Part shown: positions 39,737 through 52,326 of the stretch, piece after piece
Numbering within the stretch: position 1 is the stretch's first letter
Layout: every line of letters begins with the position of its first letter
Origin: Octopus vulgaris
Lineage: Eukaryota
Direction of reading: 5' to 3'
NCBI GenBank assembly: GCA_951406725.2
Contig: OX597823.1
Span: 17,546,001-17,610,000 of the forward strand
DNA: 64,000 nucleotides
Notes under the pieces: generated by a model
Told to the model about the DNA's origin: nothing
Database searches by the model: none
What the model saw: the letters and a program-made list of their open reading frames with translations, nothing else
Position numbers and translations under genes: made by a program

Positions 39737-40511
39737 AATACCACTGATACTTATTTTTATCGATACAGTAGAAATAAAAAAAAAGGAAAAACAAATGAAA
39801 GGGTGTAATTAAGTACTGCACAAAAATTAGCCCGACATTCTACAGTTTTTATGAATTCACCACACGCTGTTTCTTCCTAAATAATTACTGACGTCATATT
39901 TCCTACATATTAAATGATTCATTTGGTATAACAACAAATGTACAGTGAATCTAGCAAACGGGTACCTAAAGACACTACATGATGTCATGTATGTATGCAC
40001 GTATGTTTTTCTTGGAGATTTACTTTTTCATTGGCAGAATTCAAACCGGTACTTACAAAGCATCAAGTCTCTTTTGTTAGAGTCAAAACAGTTCCTAGAA
40101 TTTACTGCATACTTCTATGAAGATACGGATGTGGATAGACTCGTATTTATGCAATGGTGTACGTGCCAATTAAATACTCAGCTGTGTGTGTGTGTGTTTC
40201 TGTATTGTTTATGTGTGCGTGTATACCATCTACACATGTGATTGAATCATGTTCATTGGGAGGAAACGCAAATGCAGGATTCCTTGAACAGCTTACAATT
40301 TTCTAGCGTAGCACTAACCAGTTGTACTTGGAGATGTGAATCAGTTTGCTTTCTTCTTTCTTGGAGAACTCTAAAATTCTACATTATGGGAAAATCTATG
40401 TATCATGGTGAATACGTGTATGATGACAGATACAAATGAAGGTCTATAGCCTGGGAAAATATGATATACATATACATATAAACACACGCACACACACACA
40501 TGCATTCATAC

Positions 40512-40561
<50 letters not shown>

Positions 40562-41118
40562 ATGTGTGTATATATATATGTGTGTATATATATATATATA
40601 TATACATACATATATATACATATATATATATGTATATATATATATATGTATACAAATGTATATATATATATATATAAAATACAAAATGGGACAAGAACGC
40701 AAAACATCCAGACAGGTGATACAAAAACGAAGACAACAAAACATCCAGACAGACAATACAAAGAAAGCAAAGACTGGTCACTCGGAGATTTCTTTCCTCA
40801 GTCGAGTTCCAGATTATCTTTGCAATTTCAGCTGGTTATACTCGAGATTGCTCCAATCTGGATAGCTCCGGGGAAAAAACTAAGCTAAGAGCATTAGATT
40901 CCTTGGAAGAAAGCAGCGAATGTATACGAAAACAAGGAAAATATAAACATATTTTCCGACTTTAATCACCGTATCGATCCTTATCCAGATAATATTCAAC
41001 ACACACGCACACACACATACACACACAACATACGCACACACTGCACAATCACGAACACACACACACTCTGACACGCACGCACATACGCACACTCACACAC
41101 ACACTAGACACATATACA

Positions 41119-41268
41119 TCGGGCTTCTTTCAGTTTCCGTCTACCAAATTTACTCAAAAGGCTCTAGTCGGCCTCAGGTTATAGTAGAAGACTGTTGTTC
41201 AAAGTGCCATGCAGCGGGACTGAACTAAGAACTATTTGGTTGGGAAGCAAACTTCTTACCACACAGCC
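41119..41268 (-). mobile_element. SINE family B, 5' half, diverged
   Basis: Family consensus match. Confidence 0.75.
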
Positions 41269-41351
41269 AATGCACATAACATATAAATATATATTTGCGT
41301 ATAATTAGTGCATATGTGTCTGTGTGTGTATTCGTATAATCAAGTGTGTGC

Positions 41352-41414
<63 letters not shown>

Positions 41415-42337
41415 GTGTGTACATATGACATGTTTTAAAATGCTATAAAAATCTTTTGCAAGTGAGAGAGAAACAGCTGGCTATTAAACCCATTTAATGA
41501 CTTTCTCATCATTATATTTTTTTAAGAACAGTCTGGTCTCAGACATCATAACTGGGGCACCAGGCAAGAAAATTGTGAAGATGATGGTAAAACTGTCGCA
41601 GAGGAATGATGGTGGTGGTGGTGGTGGTGGTTGTGGGAGAGGAGAATGTCGTTAATGAATTATCGTATTTAATCATGTGTAATTATTACGTTTTAGCAGA
41701 TATTTAAACTTTAGTACGTGTCGCATTTATACCCGGAGACTAAACGTTACCCTTCGTTTCCCAGTGAAGTGCGTCGCTATATTTAGGATGGCATGATCAG
41801 ACGTAAGCTAGTCATATCTATTGTCCAAGCTAACTGATGTGTAACGAAGGCTCCTAACATCATTATGATAATGTTTACATTTTGCAGTGACTGTGATAAC
41901 ACATTTAATAATCGTGAAGGTAGCAAACGCGCTTCTCGTGGGATTAATGCCGTTAGCATTTAGTACGGAAGACCAAAATGTAGAATTTCTATTAATCAAT
42001 GTACTTCTTGAAATATTTAATTTGAAGATTGTTATTTATTAATGATATTAGGTTATATTGAGTTATTGGTTTATTATTAGCTTTTTTGGTAAAATTACCG
42101 ATTTATTTTTTCCATTTGTGATTACCTAAAGCTCATGTAGAAGCTCCTATTTCTGGGTCTATGATTTTGGCGAGTGTATTATTAAAAGATTGATTTATTA
42201 AATATCAGTTAGTATAATGCATAAAGAGTATCATTATCGCCATGTGAATAGAAAGAGAAGCACACACACACATTTCTTTTTTTGTATCCGGTTTCCAATA
42301 TTCTTTATGTGAATTTGTGTGTGTTCAAACAAATTTT

Positions 42338-43101
42338 GCTGTGTTTAGGGAGAGTCATCATGCCAATATAATTAACACACACACACATTGGTTCAATTTC
42401 ACTCCTTCATTAAATATTCGATATTTTGTGAAAGTTCTTTCGTTGTATTTTTGCAACCTTCTCAGTGACTCAGTGACTATCGGTAGTCACTGAGTTACTG
42501 AAAAGATTACAAAGAAAAGCAACGTAAGAAATTTGACAAAAAAAAACGAATCTCTATATTTATAAACGGCAAAATGTCTGTGTGTCCTTCATACAAATCA
42601 ACAGTTTTTCACGTAAAAGGATCACATTTTCTATGGGCTTTCAAAACCCATTTCCCCAGTCACCCCAGAAAGCCATTAAAAATCGATAAACCGACCCATT
42701 ATGCCCATAACTTATTTTGCGGCCAAATTCGAGTTTTTCGCTTTCTTCTGCCTCCTTTTTCGTCCGACTAATGGCATGTGCACTGTCCCGCTAATTTTCC
42801 ATGATTATGCCGTTCCAGGTGTGAAGACCGAAGTCCAATGAATATTAATTACTCTCATAAAAAGCTCTAACTAGCTCATAAACAACAAAACTCGCCCTGG
42901 CTGAAATGTGATAAGAAACTTAGCTCTTGATTTACTGAGAAATATTAACTGCGATCCGGCAACGAACAACATGCACTAGCACTAGACCCGGCAACGCCGG
43001 GTCATACTGCTAGTATTTAATAAATGAGTGGAATTGAACCAATGTGTGTGTGTGTGTCAATTATATTGGCTATTGGCATGACCTCTCTCCCTAGACACAA
43101 C
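42338..43101. mobile_element. Palindromic Penelope-like fragment with one arm interrupted by a Helitron
   Basis: Centre CAGTGACTATCGGTAGTCACTG at ~42481; left arm 42338-42480 mirrors 42483-42550 plus 43014-43101. Confidence 0.7.
42551..43013 (+). mobile_element. Non-autonomous Helitron (family 3)
   Basis: A|TCTCTATATTTATAAA 5' end; GACCCGGCAACGCCGGGTC hairpin; CTAG|T. Confidence 0.9.
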
Positions 43102-43839
43102 TATATATATATGAAAGAGAGAAAAGAACTAGCTTTCTTCCAGAAGTGCTATGTGAACCGTTAGTACACATTTTAATTGAAAGAACGTATTTGATAAGGA
43201 AAGGCTTCTTTTTTTTATAACGGAAGTGTCATGAAAGTGCCTCTCCTTCCGTACTGGTCGACTTTTCGCAGCTTGACTTTGGGGCAGATACAATGTTACT
43301 ACGTACACTGGTAGTAAAGTTCAAAGGTCATTTTCGAATTTACTTAGTGCTTTGAGGATACCTGAACTTCAAAGCAATTATAATAAATTTAACTAAACAC
43401 TACTTTTTCTCCCCATCATAATATTAAGCAAAAATTGTATCTAAAATACTTGGGAGCGTGATGTAGTTTTTATTCGTTAAAGATATATGAAATATATATA
43501 TTGGGTTTTCGGTAAGAAGGATAACCTGAAGAAAATCTACTTCCATCTCAGATATGTGGAAAATGTTTCTCTTCTAACCTTGTAATCGCTAAGCGTAATC
43601 ACAATGGAAGAAAACATCTTCCACTATGATATAAGTGAGAGATCATTTGTTACTTACTAATGGCTGCATAAAAACGCATAAATGAATACGCACTGAAAGG
43701 AAGTCTTTTAACTGTGAAAAGGGAGAAATACTCTTCTTGCAAATCTAAACACATAGTTTAGAAAGGAAACAGAAGATACAGGAAGAATGAAAGGAAGAAA
43801 GAGTTCACTTAGGCAGTCAGAATTTTGAACTCTAGGTAT

Positions 43840-43992
43840 GTATACATTATTTACATTATTTACATTTGACGGATATTTGTCCTCATCTTGTTTGTTGTTA
43901 ACACAACGTTTCGGCTGATACACCCTCCAGCTTTCATCAGGTGTCTTTAAGAAATTTCGAATCTGGTTTCTCATTCCTAAGGTATTTTTCGA

Positions 43993-44025
<33 letters not shown>

Positions 44026-44177
44026 TATTATTATTGCTATTCAGGTCACTGCCTGGAATCGAACTCGGAATCTTGGGGTTAGTAGCCCGCGCTCTTAACC
44101 ACTATGCCATATGCAATATCCGTTAAATGTAAATAATGTAAATAATGTACATAATTCCTCATCTCTTAAATATAGAA
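43840..44177 (-). mobile_element. tRNA-headed, hammerhead-containing short retroelement with Penelope-type inverted tail
   Basis: TSD TCTAGGTAT at 43831-43839 and 44178-44186; A box TGGCATAGTGG; B box GTTCGATTCC; hammerhead at 43901-43944; IR 43843-43877 / 44115-44149. Confidence 0.8.
43901..43944 (-). ncRNA. Minimal type-I hammerhead ribozyme motif
   Basis: ACAC CTGATGA AAGCTG-GAGGGTGTAT-CAGCC GAAA CG TT GTGT; palindromic AACGTT stem III; GUU site. Confidence 0.8.
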
Positions 44178-44362
44178 TCTAGGTATTATGTATGTATGTA
44201 TGCATATATATATATACATATGTATGTGTGTATGTGTGTCTGTGGGTATATGTGTCTGTGTATGTATGTACGTATGCATGTATGTATGCATGCATGTACA
44301 TACGTATGTTTGTACTATGTATGTATGTACGTGTGTGTGTATATGTATGTAAGTAATTTATG

Positions 44363-44685
44363 CGCGTAAAATTAACGTGCAAGTGGCTGAGCACTCCAGA
44401 CAGGTTTACCCTTAACGTAATTCTCAGGGAGATTCAGCGTGACACAGTGTGCGACAAGGCCGGCCCTTTGAAATATAGGTAAAACAGAAACAGGAAGTAA
44501 GAGTGAGAGAAAGTTGTGGTGAAAGAGTACAGCAGGGTTCGCCGCCACCATCCCCTGCTGGAGTCTCGTGGAGCTTTAGGTGTTTTCTCTCAATAAACAC
44601 TCACAACGCCCGGTCTGGCAATCGAAAGAACGATCCCACAAGCGCGAATCTGCTGCCCTAACCACTGGGCAATTGCGCCTCCACA
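44363..44685 (-). mobile_element. SINE family C
   Basis: Family consensus match, 3' truncated. Confidence 0.85.
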
Positions 44686-44739
44686 CGTTAAATAATAGTC
44701 CAGTATTGTCTTTGGCTACCCACACGAAAAGAACAAAAA

Positions 44740-45065
44740 ATACATACACAGATATTTTTCTGAATAGTCACCTGAACCTAAGTACATATTGAAAAAAGCT
44801 GGACCTTCCATTCACTGGAAATTATGCCAGTATTGTGAAACACAAAAGCAAAGAGATGAATAAGCATAAATCCGAATAAAAACAAAATCAAAGACATTGG
44901 TAGGGCAGCCATACTCTGGGATATATCAACCCATATGAATAAAAAGAAGGATATTGTTATTGAAAAACACCAACAAAGGAAATTTCTTCAAAACGAAGTG
45001 TCAGTTGCAACAGACAATAATATATCTCTCAAAGATATTGAGAAATTATCCATTAAATGGAAAAA
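44740..45065 (+). mobile_element. Degraded R4/Dong-like endonuclease fragment
   Basis: IHWKLCQY..AILWDI..DIVI..EVSVATDNNISLKDIEKLS. Confidence 0.6.
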
Positions 45066-45101
45066 CTATTTGCTTGAGACAATAACATTATTCTTCATGC
45101 A

Positions 45102-45495
45102 GTGGAGGCGCAATGGCCCAGTGGTTAGGGAAGCGGACTCGCGGTCATGGGATCGCGGTTTCGATTCCCAGACCGGGCGTTGTGAGTGTTTATTGAGTGA
45201 AAACACATAAAAAGCTCCACGAGGCTCCGGCAGGGGATGGTGGTGATCCCTGCTGTACTCTTTCACCACAACTTTCTCTCACCCTTACTTCCTGTTTCTG
45301 TTGTACCTGTATTTCAAAGGGCCGGCCTTGTCACTTTCTGTGTCACGCTGAATATCCCCGAGAACTACGTTAAGGGTACACGTGTCTGTGGAGTGCTCAG
45401 CCACCTACACGTTAATTTCACGAGCAGGCTGTTCCGTTGATTCGGATCAACCGGAACCCTCGTCGTCGTAACCGACGGAGTGCTTCCATCCATCC
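45102..45495 (+). mobile_element. SINE family C, full length
   Basis: TSD ATTCTTCATGCAGT at 45090-45103 and 45496-45509; (CCAT)n tail. Confidence 0.9.
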
Positions 45496-45757
45496 ATTCT
45501 TCATGCAGTAACAGCAGCGGTAGTAACCAATTCTTTCTTTCTCTTTTCCTACTCCAACACATATATGAATTGTCTATTACAATAATTCTTGGACTATCGC
45601 GGGTGTTACATTCCAGAACTCCACGTGTTAGGTAAAAATCTGCGAAGTAGAAACAGTACTGGAATCGACGTATGCTTAAATAATAAACCGCGATAGGTGA
45701 ACCGTGATAGATGAACCGCGATATGGTGAGGTATTACTGTATTATTTAATATTGCTT

Positions 45758-46218
45758 AGGCAGCGAACTGGTAGAATAGTTAGCGCGTTGGACGAAATGG
45801 TTAACAGTATTTCGCCCGTCTCTACGTTCTAGTTTCAAATTCTGCTGAAGTCGACTTTGTTTTTCATTCTTTCAGGGTCGATGAAATAAGATAAGTACCA
45901 GTTGAATACTGGGATCGATGTAATCGACTTATCCCCTCCCCCAAAATTGCTGAAATTGTGGCAAAATTTGAAACTATTATTATTATTATTATTATTATTG
46001 TTGTTATGGTAGCGAGGTAACAGAATCTTTAGCACGCCAGGAAAAATGCTGAGCGGAACTTCGTCCGTCTTTACGTTCTGAGTTCAATATCCGCTGAGCT
46101 CGACTTTGCCTTTCATCATTTCTGGGTCGATAAAATAAGTACCAGTTGTACACAAGGATCGAGGTAATCGACTTACCACCTCCTCCGACATTGCTGACAT
46201 TGTACCAAAATTTGAAAG
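45758..46218 (+). mobile_element. Two tandem SINE family A-related copies
   Basis: 45758-45974 and 46008-46218, each with GTCGACTTTG..GGTCGAT..AAGTACCAG. Confidence 0.75.
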
Positions 46219-47144
46219 AATTATTTAGTATTGCTAGTAATTTTTTTTATGAAGGAGGCGTGCTTGCAGAGTCAGATATCTCCTCGTCCTCGTGACAAAT
46301 TAAGCCGCATTTTGTCGGCTATTATTTGCTGACGCAAAACATCACTAATCTCCTCGGTTTTGTTATACATAATTCGCTTCAAACTGATGAATGATTTAAG
46401 ACAGTCGGGTCAGGTATCATAATTACTATTTCGAGCCACGAATAAATTGGAATAACTGAAAAATGCGAGAATATAGGCGGACTATTTGTACGAACGAGTT
46501 GAGTATGTGAATAGGAGAGAAGGATGATAGAAAGACATTTTTGTGTCAGGTTAAATAAAACCATCACCCATCAAGAAGAATCTGTACCAGAGGTTTTATA
46601 AGCGGAGGATTGCTAAATATCAGAAAAGCCGTAGAATTTATGCTAGTAGATGGTAAATAGTAAAACATTACCATCATTTCTCAAATCAAAGTATTCATAA
46701 TGATGTTGATTTGAGCAAGGCCGCAAATTGGCAAAGGCATTTTATCGTTGAAAAGCATTACTTGAGGTATTTGCTATGACTCCCTACTCTTTGAGTTCAA
46801 ATCTCAGTAAGGTCACCTTTACTTTATATTCTTTGGATCGATAGTAAATAACACCGAACAACAATAGGGTGTTAGAAGGTCAAAAAGATATCTTCTGGCA
46901 TCTGCTTTTTTTTTTTTATTTAGCTTTCTGACAGCAATATCAGCGATAACTGATACCGGGCTATATTAACCGAAGGTGGCAACTTTTTTTTGATTGATAT
47001 AAAGGGAGGAGACTTGCATACATGGACAACTGCCAAGCGTCTAAATGCATTGGAACACCGGGCTCCAAGCACCGATAATGGTAAAACACGCGTAGGAACT
47101 ATAAGCTAGTGCTTATCCTTGTTTCTTATATATATGTCATTCAG

Positions 47145-47198
<54 letters not shown>

Positions 47199-47650
47199 TT
47201 CAACCAAAGCCGACATTTACTCACTCGCAGCCTCTTCAAAGCTTTGTCACTAACTCATTTCTCAACCAAAACTGTCAACAATTCAAAACTGTCAACAGTT
47301 CTATAATAGTCACCTCCCAAGCTACATTTTGACGTAAAACATATTGAAATTTGGTTTTTGACAAAAAGATACATTAAAATATGTGAGGTCCAAAAGGGGA
47401 GAGTAAAGCGAAAAATTGACTTTGAATCAAGGTAACTTTCTTATTTTAAAAGCAAACTATATTTTATTTAAGCTTAAATGATAGAATGAAAAGGGAGAAA
47501 TCTAAAAATGTCAGTTTTATGAAAAGAATATTTTATGAAAAGAAACTTCTAAAGAAGTTGTGAAGCTAAAAGTGCTGGTATCACCTTCAGTCGACTTTGA
47601 CTTCAAAAAACGTTCTCAATTTAAAAGTAATCTATATTTTATTTAAGCTC

Positions 47651-47720
47651 AAATTAGCATTTTTAGATTCCTCTCGTTTTGATTTATATCAAAACGAGAG
47701 GAATCTAAAAATGCTAATTT
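47651..47720. repeat. Perfect 33-bp-arm palindrome with 4-nt loop
   Basis: AAATTAGCATTTTTAGATTCCTCTCGTTTTGAT-TTAT-ATCAAAACGAGAGGAATCTAAAAATGCTAATTT. Confidence 0.95.
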
Positions 47721-47828
47721 TATGCAATAAAATTTGTAGAAATTTTGTAGAAGAAAAGGTGTGACAAAAAAAAAAAAAAGCGACAAAGAAAAAGTGACGC
47801 TAGGCCTAAAACTATACTACTATATTAT

Positions 47829-48213
47829 GTGGAGGCGCAATGGCCCAGTGGTTAGGGCTGTGGACTCGCGGTCATAGGATCGCGGTTTCGATTCCCAGAC
47901 CAGGCGTTGTGAGTGTTTATTGAGCAAAAACACATAAAAGCTCCACGAGGCTCCGGCAGGTGATGGTGGTGATCCCTGCTGTACTCTTTCACCACAACTT
48001 TCTCTCACTCTTACTTCCTGTTTCTGTTGTACCTGTATTTCAAAGGGCCGGCCTTGTCACTCTCTGTGTCACGCTGAATATCCCCGAGAACTACGTTAAG
48101 GGTACACGTGTCTGTGGAGTGCTCAGCCACTTACACGTTAATTTCACGAGCAGGCTGTTCCGTTGATTCGGATCAACCGGAACCCTCATCGTCGTAACCG
48201 ACGGAGTGCTTCC
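47829..48213 (+). mobile_element. SINE family C, full length
   Basis: TSD ACTATATTAT. Confidence 0.9.
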
Positions 48214-48520
48214 ACTATATTATATAAAATATACACAGTTTTCTCCCTTGCGACACAGTATGAATCTTCTATATTTCTCTTTTCCCTGAATTTTCGATTA
48301 TATTGTGAGCCAGTGTAACTGAAGTACTCTTAGAATTCATTTTTTATTTATTTAGATTAATACCTATTCTTATTTTACTTCAATCATCAAACATGAAAAA
48401 TAATTGAAAAATTATATAACAAAAGTACTAAAATGAAAAATTTTAAACAGGTAAAATTATGAATTATTATTAATTCTCACTATTTATTAGTTTAATTGCA
48501 TTTCCTAGGATTATGTTGAA

Positions 48521-49615
48521 AAATGCGGACACGTGGAGGTTAATACTCATAAGTTATTAAACCTGGAAAAGTAGTGGACAAGTTATTAAACCCGGAAAAG
48601 TACAGGACAAGCATAATATTGCAGCTATAGTTGAAATTTAAAAATATATTTAGATTTTAAAACTAAAAATAATAGCTTTTATTAGCTACTCTATAATTAA
48701 AAAATTAACTCAAATAATAAGTTGAAGGCTAACTGGTAGCAAAAATTTTTTAAAAATTCAATGGCCACATTAAAAATGTTTTTTCAATTACCAGTTTTTA
48801 AATATTCCCATATCTGTACGGAGTGGGTATATTGAGGGATTTACCTCCCAGGACATTTCATAGCATATGGGCTAAGTAGCCCCTAGCCAAGAAGATTTTT
48901 TTATATGGTATGCTACCCACCAATTAAAACATTTAATTAGGAAGAGTTCCCCACTCTCCGGGAAAATATCACTGTACCCTCCCCTAAGCCTCAACCCTAC
49001 CATAAATGTATCAATTGAACTTTCCTTTTTAGAAATTTCCAGAAGGCCAGCTTTGTGGTGTCTTTATCAATGAATTATATAGTCTGCCAGTTTTTATCAG
49101 AAAGATGAACAAAAACGGAATTTCAATTGAATACTACATAAGAACTCTTAGTAGTTCTTAAAAATGAGGCTACTTAAATTTTTTTTTAATGTTTAACAGC
49201 CTTAACTTTATTATTTGAGTTAATTCCTTAATTATAGAGTAGCTAATAAAAGCTATTATTTTTATTACGTTTTTGGATTTGGTTTGCAAGATTCTTTATA
49301 TGAGTTCGTGTGTTGAAGCATATTCTGTTGTGTCTGGGGAAAGTCATTTTCTTTTTGTGCCTTACAATTTAACACACTCAGCGGTAAAATAAAAATAAGA
49401 AATAAGTGGAAATTTTACCGGTGAGTGTGTTATATTATAAGGCACAAAAGAAAATGACTCTCCCCAGACACAACAGACTATTATTTTTAGTTTTTAAAAC
49501 TAAATATATTTTAAAATTTTAACTATAGCTGCAATATTTTAAGGATAAATATGCCTGTCCTGTACTTTTCCAGGTTTAATAACTTAAGAATATTAACCTC
49601 CATGTGTCCGCATTA
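48521..49615. mobile_element. Foldback element with ~210-bp TIRs; right arm interrupted at 49265-49477
   Basis: AATGCGGACAC..GAAGGCT mirrored by AGCCTT..GTGTCCGCATT; insert flanked by duplicated CTATTATTTTTA and itself a hairpin of the Penelope-like family. Confidence 0.75.
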
Positions 49616-49817
49616 TTCATTGTAATATATATATAGTTGAAATTTACAGAAAAACAAAAGACGAAGATAGGTGTAAACACAACAAGCAGGTGTATTAGTT
49701 TGACGCTCGGGAAAGTGAGAAAATCTTTTACTTTCGAGCCTACGCTCTTCAGCAGAAAGGATCACGAAGAAATAAGCAGAGAGATTAAAAAAACAAAACT
49801 TGTGTATTTAGCGATCA

Positions 49818-49882
<65 letters not shown>

Positions 49883-49887
<5 letters not shown>

Positions 49888-50452
49888 ATAGAGGGCATTA
49901 ATAAACATAAATGCCTCACACTAAGAGGGACAAAGTCATTACTACCAAAATTACACTAATCATACCTAAATGCAGTTCTTCAAAGCAAGACATTTAAAAA
50001 ATGAATTTAGTTCTGTATCACCGTGATTTCACATTTAACTTACATCTTATGATCCTCAGCAGAACTGATTCTGAACACATCATAAATAAACCACCAACCT
50101 TACCTAGCGAAGACGAACAGACATCTATTCACTCCGGCCAAGCACATGGAATGTTTATAAATCATATATTCGGTAAATGGCGGGCTTTTTCGAACTGCAT
50201 GTCGGGTAGGAAAAGTATTTCGGAATAAGCTTAACAATTAAGGATAACCTCTTAATAAGGGATCTTAACAAGAAATTATCAGGTAGTTAGCATGAAAACC
50301 TCATAAAAGAAAAGAATTCGAAAATAATTTTTTTCTTTTGAACAAATTAATTATATCTATATTGTATAGGGGGCATTAATACACATAAATGCCTCACACT
50401 AAGAGGGACAAAGTCATTACTACCAAAATTACACTAATCATACCTAAATGCA
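49883..50452 (-). mobile_element. Penelope/retrozyme-like unit with ~92-bp direct terminal repeats (period 478 bp)
   Basis: ATTGTATAG..CCTAAATGCA at 49883 and 50361; internal hammerhead; adjacent (TA)n. Confidence 0.7.
50009..50066 (-). ncRNA. Type-I hammerhead ribozyme motif
   Basis: AGTTCTG CTGAGGA TCAT..ATGT GAAA TCACGGTGA TA CAGAACT; 7-bp stem I; AUA site. Confidence 0.8.
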
Positions 50453-50455
50453 ATG

Positions 50456-50687
50456 TATGTGTGTGTGTTTGTGTGTCTGTGTTTGTCCCCCCAACATCGC
50501 TTGACAATCGATGCTGGTGTGTTTACGTACCCGTAACTTAGCGGTTCGGCAAAAGAAGATCGATTGAATAATTACTAGCCTTACAAAGAATATGTCCTGG
50601 GGTCGATTTGCTCAACTAAAGGCAGTGCTCCAGCATGGCCGCAATTAAATGACTGAAACAAGTAAAAGGATAAAAGAGTAAAAGAGT
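50456..50687 (+). mobile_element. SINE family B, 3' half
   Basis: Family consensus match. Confidence 0.85.
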
Positions 50688-51059
50688 GTCTCTGGCAAAG
50701 GCACAAAGCAAAACTTTTTTGTGGAAAAGAATGGTTTATTAAATAAACTCCAGCATTTGAGTGGTATTCGTACGTAATTCTTATTTTCGGTCGTTTGGTA
50801 AATAATATTTACAAGAAACATACACAGTTGTTAAGTATACATCATGAGATGGTTATTTCCGCCTTTCTGCTGATATACAAACGATATGACTAAGACAACA
50901 AGCGTGCTTTTGACTGTACTGAAGGTTAATATGACCTAACTAGGTCGAAATTTGGATTGTTTCTGTTGTCATAACGACAATGGTATCCCACGTGGTTTTT
51001 AATTTCAAGAATTCGGTGCACAGCTATATACATAGACACAGACAGATAAGAAAAATTAT

Positions 51060-51256
51060 TGGCACTCCGTCTGTTACGACGACGCGAAACTTAGTTAAAC
51101 CGATCAATAAAACAGCCTGCATGTGAAATTCGCGTGTTAGTGGCTGAGTACTCCATAGACACACGTACCTTGAATGTAGGTCTCTGGGAGATTCAGTGTG
51201 ACACACACAGGGTGTGACAAGGCTAGCTCTTGAAATACGGGTACAGCTCATTTTTT
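51060..51256 (-). mobile_element. Diverged SINE family C 3' part
   Basis: GCACTCCGTCTGTTACGACGACG.. tail. Confidence 0.7.
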
Positions 51257-51426
51257 GCCCACACAAACAAACACAAACACACACAAACGCGCACAATACA
51301 TACATAAATACAATGGTGATGAGTAGAACGAACCCTAAAGTACAGAATTACGAAGGGACTGCAGAACTCCAATTGCCCTTATATTGATAAACGAAGAAGA
51401 GAATAACATTGCAAGGATAAATGAAG

Positions 51427-51802
51427 GCGAGGAGCTGGCAGAATCATTAGCACGCCGGGCGAAATGCTTAGCAGTATTTTGTCTGCTGTTATGTTCTGAG
51501 TTCAAGTTCCGCTGGGGTCGACTTTGCCTTTCATCCTTTCGGGGTCAGTTAAATAAGTACCAGTTACGCACTGGGGTCGATGTAATCAACTTAATTCGTT
51601 TGTCTGTCCTCGTTTGTCCCCTCTATGTTTAGCCCCTTGTGGGCAATAAAGAAATAAGAAACGTTAGCACGCCGGGCGAAATGCTTAGCGGTATTTCTTC
51701 TGAGTTCAAATTCCGCCGAGGTCGACTTTGCCTTTAATCCTTCCGTTTGTCTGTTCTTGTTTGTCGCCTCTGTGTGTAGCCCCTTGTGGGCAGTAAAGAA
51801 AT
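51427..51802 (+). mobile_element. SINE family A, dimeric
   Basis: TSD AAGGATAAATGAAG; body repeated twice. Confidence 0.85.
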
Positions 51803-52272
51803 AAGGATAAATGAAGTCAGAATGTATGAAAACAAGACATTTTGGCGCTTCTTCGATTTCAGGGCCACACGAAAGTGAAAGTATTTATCGTATCATGAAT
51901 ACTAGGTGTTATTTTTTTTCTTTCCTACAAAAGGAAGCTATTAAGGTAGGAAAACAGAACAGTCGACGGCAAAGTATAGGCTAGTTACTAATAACACAGC
52001 CAGAGCGATATAGCCATTATAGAAATCTATTAGATATTCCAATCAAATTTCTTATTAACGTAAGCAAAACATGGCTATCATTTATTCAGGTGTACGAAAT
52101 GTTAACAGAAGAGAGAATAATTAAAAGTAAATACCAACACAATTGGTTTTCAGCAAAATATTGCCCTTTTTCATCGCATCTGTTTTACTCGTTGTCCTGG
52201 TCATATTAATGATGCAGAACTTTATGAAAACCTGCGTCGTGTATGTAGATGGATAAATGTGTGTGTGTGTGT

Positions 52273-52326
<54 letters not shown>

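Noticed and set aside
43318-43330. DR1 nuclear-receptor site AGTTCAaAGGTCA
   Set aside because: A single motif without supporting context; plausible by chance
44044-44114. Functional tRNA gene
   Set aside because: The 5' acceptor strand is missing and the sequence is embedded in a TSD-flanked element; treated as a SINE head, as are the family A, C and D heads
47960-48166. Recurrent conserved ORF MVVIPAVLFHHNFLSLLLPVSVVPVFQRAG (five copies)
   Set aside because: Lies wholly inside SINE family C; conservation reflects repeat identity, not coding
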